A stretch of 46,495 bases of DNA from a virus, in IMG/VR virus record IMGVR_UViG_3300050505_000421, positions 90,579-137,073 of that record. One strand, written 5' to 3'. The position numbers were made by a program, and so were the translations under genes. How positions within the stretch are numbered: position 1 is the stretch's first letter; the number at the start of each line of letters is the position of its first letter. This document shows positions 17,720 to 27,071 of the stretch, one piece after another. The notes under the pieces are model-generated. The model had not been told where the DNA came from, did no database searches, and saw only the letters and a list, made by a program, of their open reading frames with translations.

Positions 17720-17749
17720 GCTTGTCCTCTCCCAAGGACCACTACAGCA

Positions 17750-17808
17750 CCGCGCGACCCCCTACTCGCATGTGTGGAGGTGGGCACATGGAGCAGGGGG
17801 TCGCGCGG
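17750..17808. other. Long intergenic hairpin
   Basis: CCGCGCGACCCCCT..CTC.CATGTG / CACATG.GAG..AGGGGGTCGCGCGG, between the SSB-like and UDG genes. Confidence 0.7.
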
Positions 17809-17814
17809 CAGGTA

Positions 17815-18537
17815 CTACTTCTTCACCTCGGTGCCACCGCCGGTCGGCGGCATGGGCGGGGCCGGAGGAGCCGGCGGCTGCCAACCGCCGGGCGCAGGCG
17901 GGGCGTAGGCACCGGGCATCGGCGGTGCGACCGGGGGCGCCCACGTGCCCGGGGCGGGCGGGGCCGCTGTCGGCTGCCACTGCGGCGGGGCCACGGGCGG
18001 AGGCGGGTAGCCGACCGCGGTTCCCGGAGGCGTGTATCCACCGGGCATCCCGACCGGCGGATACCCTACCGGAGCAGCGGCCACGGGCGGGGCGCCGAGG
18101 AAGCTCGGGGCCGGAGCCGCCTGCGCCGCACCGGTGAACGGGGCCTCGTTGGAGAGGTCCATCGTCGCCTTGCCGTTGTACTCGCCCTTCGAGATCTTCG
18201 CGCGGATCACGGAGTTGACGAGGCGCTCCTCGGTGAGGTTGCCCCCCGCCGAAGCGAGTTCCTGCTCCGTCACGCCGCAGGCGAGCACGAGGCGCTTGAG
18301 GAACCCGGCGCTCTTCACGCCGAGCGAGTACGACCGCGGAAAGGTCTTCCCGCGGAACTGCACACCGCCGTCCGGACCCTCGCAGATCTCGTAGGTGATC
18401 TGCAGCACAGGCTCGCCCGAAGACTTCGAAGTCTTCTGGTCGACCTTCGTCACCTTCAGTACGTAGTCGCCGGGCGGGAAGACGGGGAAGTCTCCCGCGG
18501 CCTCCACGCCAAGCAGGTTGATCGGAATGAATCCCAT
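17815..18537 (-). CDS. DUF669-like phage ssDNA-binding protein with Pro-rich tail
   Basis: FPPGDYVLKVTKVD.KTSKSSGEPVLQITYEI..G....G...LKRLVLACG...EYNGK. Located in the SSB-Sak4-nuclease context. Confidence 0.75.
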   Translation of the reverse strand: MGFIPINLLGVEAAGDFPVFPPGDYVLKVTKVDQKTSKSSGEPVLQITYEICEGPDGGVQFRGKTFPRSYSLGVKSAGFLKRLVLACGVTEQELASAGGNLTEERLVNSVIRAKISKGEYNGKATMDLSNEAPFTGAAQAAPAPSFLGAPPVAAAPVGYPPVGMPGGYTPPGTAVGYPPPPVAPPQWQPTAAPPAPGTWAPPVAPPMPGAYAPPAPGGWQPPAPPAPPMPPTGGGTEVKK

Positions 18538-18574
18538 CGCTCGTTCTCCTCGTTCTTGGGTCTAAGACCCGTCG

Positions 18575-19381
18575 TTAGCGGGGCGCCGGCAACAAGCTGG
18601 TACCGGCGGGCGCCTGTTGCGCCGGTAGAGCTGAAACTTGATTCGGGTACTGCGGTAGACCGATGAACGGACCGATGCGCTGATTGATCGCATCGAAGTG
18701 CGGCTGGATGACACCGTCGGAGAAGTAATCGCCGAAGCGCCCTCCAGCCACTGCGTTGTTCCACGGGGCCGTCCGCATCACGACGCTTGTCTTCGGCTTG
18801 CCGTCCGACCCGGGGACCAAGACTTGGTCGGCGTGGATGATCAAGTCGGTCGACGCCGGGATCTTCGAAGCGCTCTTGCCGTAGAGCATCGGCTCGATGC
18901 TACGCACGTTTCCGTTCGAGTCCTTCTTCGTCTCGTCCAACGCGATCCAGACGACGTGGAGCGGGAGTTCGTGCAGCGTTGGGAGCAGCCACTTCTGCAA
19001 GTGCGAATCCAGTGTGCCCCAGTCCTGAATCTCCATGCGCGGCTTCGTGACTTTTCCGTCATTCAAGATCTCGTGGATGACGATGTCGCTGTAGAACGTG
19101 AGCGAGTCGACTACCACGGTTTGAATGCCGTATTGTGCGTGGTTCTTCGCGATCCAGACGACAGCCTCACGCATCGTCTTCACTGCATTGATCTGCACAA
19201 CAAGCACATCGGCCGGGACGTGGCGAAGGGTTGTGTCGCCACCTTCGTTACCAGCGGACAAGAAGATCGGGCGCGGCCACGTCGCCGCCGTGGTCGTCTT
19301 CCAGTGTCGCGTCGGCCCGTAGATGAACGTGTGTAGAGGACGCGGCGGCATCTGCTTGCTACTGACAACGTTGAGACTCAC
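18575..19381 (-). CDS. AAA_24/Sak4-like phage ATPase (ssDNA annealing)
   Basis: IYGPTRHWKTT Walker A variant, TVVVDSLT Walker B, HVVWIA. Flanked by the SSB-like gene and the nuclease. Confidence 0.8.
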   Translation of the reverse strand: MSLNVVSSKQMPPRPLHTFIYGPTRHWKTTTAATWPRPIFLSAGNEGGDTTLRHVPADVLVVQINAVKTMREAVVWIAKNHAQYGIQTVVVDSLTFYSDIVIHEILNDGKVTKPRMEIQDWGTLDSHLQKWLLPTLHELPLHVVWIALDETKKDSNGNVRSIEPMLYGKSASKIPASTDLIIHADQVLVPGSDGKPKTSVVMRTAPWNNAVAGGRFGDYFSDGVIQPHFDAINQRIGPFIGLPQYPNQVSALPAQQAPAGTSLLPAPR

Positions 19382-19384
19382 GTG

Positions 19385-21643
19385 TTATTTCCTCTCGCGG
19401 TAGAGAGCCGCCATCGCACCGTTGGATTCGCACCAATCGAACATTTTGCACAGGTACTTGCCGCTTGTACAACTGGACATGTTCTGAGGCCAGAAGTCTT
19501 CGTCGGCACGCTTGGCCTTAGATTGCATCTTCGCGTACAAGTCCAGTGCTTGCGGCGTGACCGATTTCAGAAAGCGGGCCACTTCATCATCCGAGATCTT
19601 GATCTCGAGCCGCGTGAACTTCGGTGGGTCCGACTTGATGATGATGTTGATGATGAAACCGTTCAGCGGTCCAAACACAGCGTCGTAATTGCCCAATTTC
19701 CAGATGGCGGCCTGTGTCATTAACTGGAAATCGAACGCGTACCCACGCGTGTACTCCTGTGACATACGGGCAGCTGTGTTGTGCGTGATGATGTCGTTCA
19801 CGACGAACGTATGGAGCTTTGGCACTTCGATGCTGTACGTAAGTTCGCGACCGACAACCAGAACGGATTTCACTTCGTCCCACGTCACGTCCCAGTCCAA
19901 CGCAGCTTGGACGCGCGGATTGTCGATCGTACGGGCGCGGTCCATCGTCAGGGTTTTCGCACGCCGTAGCATGCTTGTGGGAACACCCGGAGCCAAGAAT
20001 CCACCGAGGCGCGTACCTTCGAGTTGCCGGAAGATCAAAGCGGTCGGAATTTCTCGGTCATCTCCAGGCTTCACAGCGGCCAGCGCCGCGCGGACCATCT
20101 CCGGGTATTTCAGAAACGGAATGCGTCCTTCGATACACCACGACAGGAACTTACGTTTACCCGGCCGAGTAACAACTGTCGTGATCCAGTAAGGAAGACG
20201 TACGCCCTTGTAAAGAACGGTCGACGAAGTCACCGTCGACGGGATCCCGAGTTGCAAGAGGAGGCGTTGCGAACCCTCGCAGAAAGCCTGCGAGCGCGAG
20301 ACATGCGCGATACGAACCTTCTGCTGTGGTGCTACGTTCGGTCGGTTCTTACAAACCTCCTCCTTCGTCTCCACACAACCGTCCGTGTTCCAGATCCAAC
20401 CGAGAAGGATGGCGGCTTGCCGATCCGGAAGCGACAACATCTCTCGAGGAATGAACTTGTGCGGCGCTGTGAGATCTTGCGTACGATCGAAAAGGCCGAG
20501 TCCTTCCATCAAAATCCGCAAACGACTTTCGGAATCGTGTGACACATTCAGCGTAGGCGCTGTTCGGCGTCCTGTTTTATCTACAACCACATGGAACGAC
20601 TTTCCAGGCTGAGTGCTGTTTTCTTCGTACCCGAGTTGGTTGAGGAGTCCTTTGAATGCCTCAAACACCGGTCCGCTTTTACAAAAACACAACGAATTCA
20701 AAGTGCCATCACCTAACATAGCGCCAACGAACGCTACTTCGGCATCCTTAAATCGTGGCACCCCGTTGTAACCAGCGGTGCTACTCGGCAAGGCGCACCA
20801 TGAACCGGCGGAAAGACCTGCACCCGGAATCCAACCTTGTGGTGTCCAGAACGGATGTGTTGCGCCTACAGAAAGACGCCGTCCTGATGCAAATATAACT
20901 TCGAAGACGTCCTCCACAACGTTGCGTTCCGGTGCGTTGGCCTGTGTCTGTACAAGCTTTCCTGTTACCTCATCAAAAGCTAATACTGAAGGGCCTTCCC
21001 CCCGTGCATACCACTCCGCGGTTGTGCGTAAAGTACCAGACCGATAGTCGCGGATAAGGCTGGAGCCGATCTGGCACTTATGGTCACATGACCACACACC
21101 ATCCGCCACGCGCCCGTAGGGTGCGGGCGGGGCTCCGTCCGCGCGCTTTGCAACCAATAAATCTAGACGTGCTGTCAACGGACAGTGCCTCTTACCGTCC
21201 GTCAACTCCGCTGCGATTTCGTATTCGACAGCGCGTGTATCCCACTCACGTGCTTCCTGCTCCCCGTACTTCTCAAAGTAGGCGTACAGCAAACGCCGTG
21301 CCTCGGCCGCGAGCTTCGGTTCGTACGGCTCCACTACGTATGTGGGCCGCCACGTGTCCTTGCCGCCCGTCTTGTAGTGGCGTGCCAGGCACGCGTGCAC
21401 CAGGGTGCCGAGGTCAAGCGCTTCGCTGCCTCGAGTCGGGGTAAGCTTCTTGACGTACGACAGGAAGGCCCGGCGTTGGCACGCCATGTACGTCTTAATC
21501 CGGTGCGACCCGAACGAGCTCTCGCCACCGATCTCTTCGTCCGTGAAGTTGGCCTTCAGCACCTCGTCCACGGAGTGCGGAAGTTGTGGATCATCCCAGG
21601 CAGCCCCGAGTACCTCCGGTGAGAAATTCGGCAGGAGGATCAT
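19385..21643 (-). CDS. PD-(D/E)xK (RecB/Cas4-like) exonuclease containing an intein
   Basis: GTLVHACL, AVEYEI, ARLDLLV, DHK|T, QLMTQ, and a C-terminal C....C...C. Interrupted by a 433-aa intein. Confidence 0.85.
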   Translation of the reverse strand: MILLPNFSPEVLGAAWDDPQLPHSVDEVLKANFTDEEIGGESSFGSHRIKTYMACQRRAFLSYVKKLTPTRGSEALDLGTLVHACLARHYKTGGKDTWRPTYVVEPYEPKLAAEARRLLYAYFEKYGEQEAREWDTRAVEYEIAAELTDGKRHCPLTARLDLLVAKRADGAPPAPYGRVADGVWSCDHKCQIGSSLIRDYRSGTLRTTAEWYARGEGPSVLAFDEVTGKLVQTQANAPERNVVEDVFEVIFASGRRLSVGATHPFWTPQGWIPGAGLSAGSWCALPSSTAGYNGVPRFKDAEVAFVGAMLGDGTLNSLCFCKSGPVFEAFKGLLNQLGYEENSTQPGKSFHVVVDKTGRRTAPTLNVSHDSESRLRILMEGLGLFDRTQDLTAPHKFIPREMLSLPDRQAAILLGWIWNTDGCVETKEEVCKNRPNVAPQQKVRIAHVSRSQAFCEGSQRLLLQLGIPSTVTSSTVLYKGVRLPYWITTVVTRPGKRKFLSWCIEGRIPFLKYPEMVRAALAAVKPGDDREIPTALIFRQLEGTRLGGFLAPGVPTSMLRRAKTLTMDRARTIDNPRVQAALDWDVTWDEVKSVLVVGRELTYSIEVPKLHTFVVNDIITHNTAARMSQEYTRGYAFDFQLMTQAAIWKLGNYDAVFGPLNGFIINIIIKSDPPKFTRLEIKISDDEVARFLKSVTPQALDLYAKMQSKAKRADEDFWPQNMSSCTSGKYLCKMFDWCESNGAMAALYRERK
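19778..21076 (-). mobile_element. Intein with LAGLIDADG homing endonuclease (433 aa)
   Basis: Starts CQIGSS, block B VGATHPF, LAGLIDADG-like FVGAMLGDG and LLGWIWNTDG, ends TFVVNDIITHN followed by Thr. DNA looks more AT-rich than the flanks. Confidence 0.92.
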
Positions 21644-21645
21644 GG

Positions 21646-23346
21646 CTAGTCGTCTCCGAGGAGGTCGAACCCCGGCGAGACCGCCAGGTCCTGCAGAAGG
21701 CTCTGGATTGGGTCGATGGAGGTGCCCTGATCGGTGTGCGCCAGAGCTCGGGCCATGTCACCGATCTGGTTGATGCCCTCCCCGCCCACGCCGGTCACCT
21801 CGATCGTGCCCGTCTTGCGCATGATGGCGGCGATCATCAAGTCATCCAGCGTGCCCAGGGCCCGCATGAACACCTCGTCTACGTCACGAACCTGGCCCTG
21901 CCGATGGACACGCCCACCAGCCTGGAGGAGCTTGTCCGGCACCCAGTGGAGGTCGTTGAAGATCGTGCAGGAGGCGGCCACCAAGTCATTCAACGACTTC
22001 TCACAGGAGGCCAGCGTGGCGACGTAGACAGCCTTGCCGTCGTGGGCAGCCATCTCTTGCGCCAGGGAAACGCGCTCCGCCAAAGGCACATCACCAGAGA
22101 CAGGACCAAGGACCTTTATCCCTGTGTTTGGTGTCAGGGCCTCGACGAAGGCGGCAGCGGCGCTCTTGAACCACGTGAAGAGGACGATCTTCTTGTGTGT
22201 CTCGAGCCAGCGCTCTTGAATGGCGGCACAAGTGGCTGGCACCTTGGCCAAGGCGAGTTCCTTGCGGAGGTGCGTGATCTGAACGATGCGCTCGGCGCCG
22301 GCGCGCACATCCACAAAGGCCTGCCGCACGTCGTGGTCGATCTCATCGTAGCGTGCCCGTGCTGTACCGGAGAGTTGAACGTCCACAATGTGCCGGCGCA
22401 GGGGCGGCATCGACTTGAGTACCTCGCCGCGGGTGCGGCGCAACATGATGTCACTCAACCGCACGCGAAACTCTTCGACGTTCGTCTCCCCGGTCGGTTC
22501 CCACCCGAACTCGCCCTTCATCAAACCCTCGTAGCGCACACCGAATGGAAAGGCAGGGCCGAAGCCATCCGGTACAAGGCAATCTAGGATCGACCAGAAC
22601 TCCCCGACTTCGTTGGAGATCGGTGTGGCAGACAAACCAATGCGCCGTGTTATGGACGCGAGCCGCATGAACGAGCGGACCTTGCTCGCGCGCTGTGTTT
22701 TCCGACCGCGCAAGTCGCTGATTTCGTCTAGGATTACAGCCGTTGGTCGGAAGGCCGTCATCAAGAAGGGCATCCAGTCCTTCAAAACGTCGAAGTGGAT
22801 GAAGGCCCAGGAGAGGGAGGAGAGGTTCGTAGGCGGTGCGGTAAGGCGCCCTGTGAGGGGGGCTACGTCCAGCCCAAAGGCCACCTTTGGATCGCCCGTA
22901 GGGGAACACCAAGCACCCTGAGAGATGAGTGGGCCGATGATGAGGACCTTCTGGTGTCCTTCGACCACGACAGTCGTAAGTGCCTGTAATGTCTTGCCAA
23001 CACCGACATCGTCCGCTAGAAGCGCGCCGGGGCGAGCCAGCAAGAACCGGATCCCATCCAACTGGTAGTCGGCGAGGCGCTTGGCCCCGACTTGTGTCGG
23101 TACAGGTCCTTCGTATCTAGTCGGAATTGTTTGCGGCTCGAAGATGTCTTGACGAGCCAGAACGAGGTTCCGATGCACCAACGGCCGCTTGACCTTGCCC
23201 GAAGGCGGCAGAACACCAGGGAGTTGCTCGAGGAGCTTGACGAAGTTGTCCGAGGGCAGGTCCGAGATCTCGAACCAACCGGGCTTCGCTGCAGGAACAA
23301 GTTTGACGCGTCTACCGGTGCCGGCAGCCGCTTCCCACGTCATCAA
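21646..23346 (-). CDS. SNF2-family helicase/ATPase
   Basis: LADYQLDG, LLADDVGVGKT, ILDEIS, LSATPISN, LRRT, WVP..LLQAGGRVHRQGQ. Confidence 0.9.
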   Translation of the reverse strand: MMTWEAAAGTGRRVKLVPAAKPGWFEISDLPSDNFVKLLEQLPGVLPPSGKVKRPLVHRNLVLARQDIFEPQTIPTRYEGPVPTQVGAKRLADYQLDGIRFLLARPGALLADDVGVGKTLQALTTVVVEGHQKVLIIGPLISQGAWCSPTGDPKVAFGLDVAPLTGRLTAPPTNLSSLSWAFIHFDVLKDWMPFLMTAFRPTAVILDEISDLRGRKTQRASKVRSFMRLASITRRIGLSATPISNEVGEFWSILDCLVPDGFGPAFPFGVRYEGLMKGEFGWEPTGETNVEEFRVRLSDIMLRRTRGEVLKSMPPLRRHIVDVQLSGTARARYDEIDHDVRQAFVDVRAGAERIVQITHLRKELALAKVPATCAAIQERWLETHKKIVLFTWFKSAAAAFVEALTPNTGIKVLGPVSGDVPLAERVSLAQEMAAHDGKAVYVATLASCEKSLNDLVAASCTIFNDLHWVPDKLLQAGGRVHRQGQVRDVDEVFMRALGTLDDLMIAAIMRKTGTIEVTGVGGEGINQIGDMARALAHTDQGTSIDPIQSLLQDLAVSPGFDLLGDD

Positions 23347-23372
23347 TGTCGATGCCTCCCACGAGCCTCCTT

Positions 23373-23401
23373 GGTGTAACCCGACCTCGGCCCGGCGTCA
23401 A
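23373..23401 (-). promoter_or_regulatory. Sigma70-like promoter for the replication operon
   Basis: TTGACG-17 bp-TACACC on the - strand in the divergent intergenic region. Confidence 0.45.
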
Positions 23402-23505
23402 GTTCTAATGCGCTTGCCATGCGTTTTTTTCTAGCCCTCATGTGGAGGGCCGTGTATCCTGCTTCTTCACGCTGTGGGAGCGTGCACCTCAGAAAAGTGG
23501 GAACG

Positions 23506-24510
23506 ATGCGCGTCTACTCTCTCCTTGAGCTCGCTCAACTTCAAGACGACCCGGATCGCTGGCTGGTCCCGAACCTCGTCGCGAAGGCCTCCCGTGTGAT
23601 GATTTACGGTGTAGGAAACGTCGGGAAAAGCTGGGTGTCCGTGGACTTAGCGATGGCCATCGCTGTGGGGGACTTGTTCATGGGGCACCTCGCCGTGGGC
23701 ATGCCGGGCCCCGTCTTGGTCATCTCCACGGAGGGGGACATCTACGCCAACCGCGACCGCATCTTGGGATTGGCAAACGGGCACGCCGTGACGGACCACG
23801 CCGCAGTGCCGTTCTACTTCGTGCAGGAAGCACCGCAGTTGGATCAAGCAGATGACCGCAAGATGTTCTACGAGACCATCGCGCACCTGCGCCCGCGCCT
23901 CGTGATCTTGGACCCGCTCGACAGCTTCTTCTCCGGCGAGGAGAACTCGGCCTCGGCGACCAAGCCGATCCGCTTCTTTCTCGACCGAATCATCCGGGAC
24001 TTCGGTTGTTGCATCATGCTCCTGCACCATGAATCGCAGGGGAACGAGAAGGGTGGATTCAAGAAGCCGCGCGGAACCACGGCGTGGCAAGGATGGCTCG
24101 ATACGATCATCCACGCTCGAGGGCTACCCGGGAATGCGCTTAGCCTTGAGGTCGAGAAGCAACGCAACGGGCGGAAGGGAATGTTCTACTCGCTCGACAT
24201 GGGGATTGAGGTGGAGCGCGGTCTCGTCCGCTTGACACCGAAGGGATCGCAGTTCGACGAGGGGCTCGCCGGCTACATCGTGCGCCTGCTCTCCACTTGC
24301 GGGAGCATGTCGTTGACGGACTTGAAGACTTACACGGGGCGACAGGGCGTCGTCCTCATGCAGGCACTTGAACGACTTGAGCGGTCCGGTCAGGCGATTC
24401 GCTACCAGCAGACGTTCGTGTCCGCGGCGGGAACAGCGCTGAGCTTGCCCTACTTCGGCTGGCGCTCGCCACTTGCGCCAGAGCCGCCGGCACACATCAC
24501 AACGCATTAG
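23506..24510 (+). CDS. AAA_25/RepA-type RecA-fold replicative helicase with C-terminal wHTH
   Basis: WLVPNLV, YGVGNVGKS, VISTEG, LVILDPL, EENS, LLHHE, PRGTTAW, VEKQRNG. Confidence 0.85.
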   Translation: MRVYSLLELAQLQDDPDRWLVPNLVAKASRVMIYGVGNVGKSWVSVDLAMAIAVGDLFMGHLAVGMPGPVLVISTEGDIYANRDRILGLANGHAVTDHAAVPFYFVQEAPQLDQADDRKMFYETIAHLRPRLVILDPLDSFFSGEENSASATKPIRFFLDRIIRDFGCCIMLLHHESQGNEKGGFKKPRGTTAWQGWLDTIIHARGLPGNALSLEVEKQRNGRKGMFYSLDMGIEVERGLVRLTPKGSQFDEGLAGYIVRLLSTCGSMSLTDLKTYTGRQGVVLMQALERLERSGQAIRYQQTFVSAAGTALSLPYFGWRSPLAPEPPAHITTH

Positions 24511-25076
24511 GACGCGTCTTCTTCGTCATCGTCGGGTGTGTAAACCGGGCGCCCTGGGGCCAACACCCTAGTGCGCGGGCGGGCTACTACACGAAACAGT
24601 TCGAAGTGTCGAATGATTGCTTGAGCTTGCCCGAGGTTTGAGGTCGGCTCGTGTTCCTCTTGCAAGAATCCTTGCAGCGCTGTGTTCCTCGCACGAGCGT
24701 CGATGTTGAACAAGTCCGCGAATCGGTCTCCCAAGAGCTCTTCCAGAAAGTGGAACTCGACGTCCCGTGCAGCGCGTACTGGTAGTTGCGACAAGGGCCA
24801 GTCCACAAGCAGCGTTCCCTCAGTGCTCGAGAGTTGCCAAGGCAGGGGAGGTCCCCCAGTCGCTTTTTGCGCGGCCGTTCCCAACTGTTGGCGCAGGCGA
24901 TTCTGCTCTCGCTCGAGTTGCGATAGACGCTTCTCAACAACGCGGTAGTAGGCAATCAAATCATCAACGGTCTCAAGGCTCTGGCCATCCAGCGTTACAA
25001 ACGGCCAGACGACCTCGGCGTCGACATCGATGATGACTCCCTTGGGCAGTCTCTTGCGCGGCTTTCGGGTAGGCAT
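24507..25076 (-). CDS. Hypothetical protein with coiled coil
   Basis: ATG 25076 with GGAG SD; begins MPTRKPRKRLPKG. Confidence 0.6.
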   Translation of the reverse strand: MPTRKPRKRLPKGVIIDVDAEVVWPFVTLDGQSLETVDDLIAYYRVVEKRLSQLEREQNRLRQQLGTAAQKATGGPPLPWQLSSTEGTLLVDWPLSQLPVRAARDVEFHFLEELLGDRFADLFNIDARARNTALQGFLQEEHEPTSNLGQAQAIIRHFELFRVVARPRTRVLAPGRPVYTPDDDEEDAS

Positions 25077-25116
25077 GGGGTATTCTCCAAGCACAAGGAA
25101 GAAGTGTAGTAAGGAG

Positions 25117-25145
25117 TTGACAAGGTTCAATGGCGATCGTATGTT
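25117..25145 (+). promoter_or_regulatory. Near-consensus sigma70 promoter facing a non-coding region
   Basis: TTGACA-17 bp-TATGTT, with a motif copy at 25087-25104 just upstream. Confidence 0.7.
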
Positions 25146-25151
25146 ACACCT

Positions 25152-25268
25152 TGTCGCGGGGACCACCTGCGGCCGGGACATCTGACCGTCGCATCGCTCC
25201 CACGGCGCCTCGGTCTTCCTCCTCCCCCACGAGCTTGTTCCGGCCGCAGGTGGCTTAAAAGAGCCGCC
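25152..25268 (+). ncRNA. Candidate small RNA with an 18-bp closing stem and C-rich loops
   Basis: 25163-25180 pairs with 25236-25253, with one G-U that works on the + strand only. Two internal hairpins; loop GUCUUCCUCCUCCCCCA; upstream promoter; no convincing ORF. Confidence 0.55.
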
Positions 25269-25804
25269 TACTCGGTTGCGTCGTACGCTGCCTTTGCTTC
25301 GTCGATTTCTATCGGCGCGGCAACCATCCCGCACTTGCAGTTGTTGTAGCGCGCGAAGGCCAAATCACTCTTGATAATGCTGTCGAGGAATGGCTCCAGC
25401 GCCTTCTTCCTGCGCTCGGCAAGGGCGCGTGCAGCATCCAGCTTCTCCTCGAGATCAAGGCAAGCGCGGGCCATCAAAAGAAGTTGCTCTTCCTGGGTCC
25501 AGAGTTGCCCCTCTGGGCGCGGGTCAACGACAGGGGCGGCAGAGACTTGGATGAAGGAATCGCCGTGTAGTTTGCTGGCCTCGTCACAATCCACCATTGC
25601 CTCAAGGGCACTTGTGGCAGCGCCTTCGAACTCCCAGCATGCCGAAGAATACGCACCGCAACCCCAACGCCAGAGTTCCTTTCCGTCAGGTCTGTTTGCA
25701 GGCAGGCGCCAGCAACGCGCGGCGAAGTGCTCTTCGTTTCTGTACCGCGCCCAACCGCCATCATCGAGTTGATACCAATCAAGCTTCGTTGTCCGGGGAG
25801 TCAT
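25268..25804 (-). CDS. Hypothetical protein
   Basis: Part of a packed - strand run of small genes; Trp-rich N-terminus. Confidence 0.6.
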   Translation of the reverse strand: MTPRTTKLDWYQLDDGGWARYRNEEHFAARCWRLPANRPDGKELWRWGCGAYSSACWEFEGAATSALEAMVDCDEASKLHGDSFIQVSAAPVVDPRPEGQLWTQEEQLLLMARACLDLEEKLDAARALAERRKKALEPFLDSIIKSDLAFARYNNCKCGMVAAPIEIDEAKAAYDATE

Positions 25805-25815
25805 TTAGGCCACCT

Positions 25816-26142
25816 TCACTTCTCGTCGGCGTCCGCATAGGGGTACTTGTCCGCGTGTTCCTTGTGGTACTTGTCACGCTGCGCTGCGTCCATCTCAGCC
25901 GCCTCGCGCAAGGTATCTGCGAGGCTCCGCAAGAAGTCGGCGCGTTCACGCTCCCTGTAGGAGGTTGAGAGAAACGCGGCGGCGGCCTTGTCCGCTACTA
26001 AGGCAATGGCCGCAGCCCAGCCTTCTCTGGCGCCGTTTGCCCTGCCCTGAAGCCAGGTGTTCGTGGAGCGGCTCTCCCAGAGATCCCCGTCCGGGATTGG
26101 CCCGCCGCAGTAACTACACATGGCACCCTGGTGTGCGCTCAC
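25816..26142 (-). CDS. Hypothetical protein (CxxC N-terminus)
   Basis: GTGA overlap with the upstream gene. Confidence 0.55.
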   Translation of the reverse strand: MSAHQGAMCSYCGGPIPDGDLWESRSTNTWLQGRANGAREGWAAAIALVADKAAAAFLSTSYRERERADFLRSLADTLREAAEMDAAQRDKYHKEHADKYPYADADEK

Positions 26143-26477
26143 TGATTCTTCCCCGCGGTTCTTGGCTGCTCGTTATCTTCCAACGGAACGACCTTTGGTC
26201 TGTGCGTCACGTGTAGATAGCGCTTCTTGTGTTCAAGGCGCTCGTCGAGCTCCGATTCGGCTTCGGCTGCGCGTGCGTTCGCATCTTGAATACAGGGCAC
26301 AAGCAAGTCTGCGACAGTACGCAAAGCCTCGGCGGCTTCACTCTCGCCATCCGCCCACGCTTGAATCGATCGCTGCTCGAGGATTTGGCGCGCGTAGCGG
26401 AAGGCACGGAGCCGCTCGTTCATGCCTTCGATTCCCAACAGCAACTCCGCTTCGATGTCCACTCCACGGTTACCCAT
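26139..26477 (-). CDS. Hypothetical helical protein
   Basis: Probable ATG 26477 overlapping the upstream stop; begins MGNRGVDIEAELL. Confidence 0.5.
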   Translation of the reverse strand: MGNRGVDIEAELLLGIEGMNERLRAFRYARQILEQRSIQAWADGESEAAEALRTVADLLVPCIQDANARAAEAESELDERLEHKKRYLHVTHRPKVVPLEDNEQPRTAGKNQ

Positions 26478-26790
26478 TTCGACGGTCCTTTCTTTGCGAT
26501 CCTGCCTCTCCGTGCAGTTCATACCCGATGTGCGCGGCGGCATTACGCAACGGGATCCAGTGATGGTAATTATCGCATTCATCCCAGAGCTTCTGGATGC
26601 GCGCTGCTACCACCTCTTTGGGTTCGTCGACGACTTCGACAGTGACACGGAATTTGTTGACCCGCACTTCGCCGTTAAAACAGGACGGCTCGGTCTGCCG
26701 CAGACCGCCGACCTCGTAGCTGTCGATGGTGCGAAACGTTTCGAACACACGCAGGACTGGTGCGCGTGGGTCAGCCTTCGTCTTTTTCAT
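26470..26790 (-). CDS. Hypothetical protein
   Basis: GAGGAGG SD; contains EPSCFNGEVRVNKFRVTVEVVDEP. Confidence 0.6.
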   Translation of the reverse strand: MKKTKADPRAPVLRVFETFRTIDSYEVGGLRQTEPSCFNGEVRVNKFRVTVEVVDEPKEVVAARIQKLWDECDNYHHWIPLRNAAAHIGYELHGEAGSQRKDRRNG

Positions 26791-27061
26791 TCCAGCCCTC
26801 CTCTAAATAAGCGCAGTAGGCCACCCTGCAATGGTGGTGGTGTCGGTCACGCCATGTATCGCGTTCGCGCTTGAATTGCTCACAAGCGGCGAGCGAAACT
26901 TCAAGCGCGTGAAGAAGTTCCTCTGCTTGATCGACGTCTTCTCGAAGCCGTATCACTTCGTACACGAGAAACAAGCCGTCCTCGTAGTTAGTGACCAACC
27001 CAATGTTTGCTTGCAGTGCTGCCTTGATGCGTTCTAAACGCTTCGTCGCGTCTTCGCCCAT
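26771..27061 (-). CDS. Hypothetical coiled-coil protein
   Basis: GAGGAGG SD before ATG 27061. Confidence 0.55.
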   Translation of the reverse strand: MGEDATKRLERIKAALQANIGLVTNYEDGLFLVYEVIRLREDVDQAEELLHALEVSLAACEQFKRERDTWRDRHHHHCRVAYCAYLEEGWNEKDEG

Positions 27062-27071
27062 CCGCCCTCCT

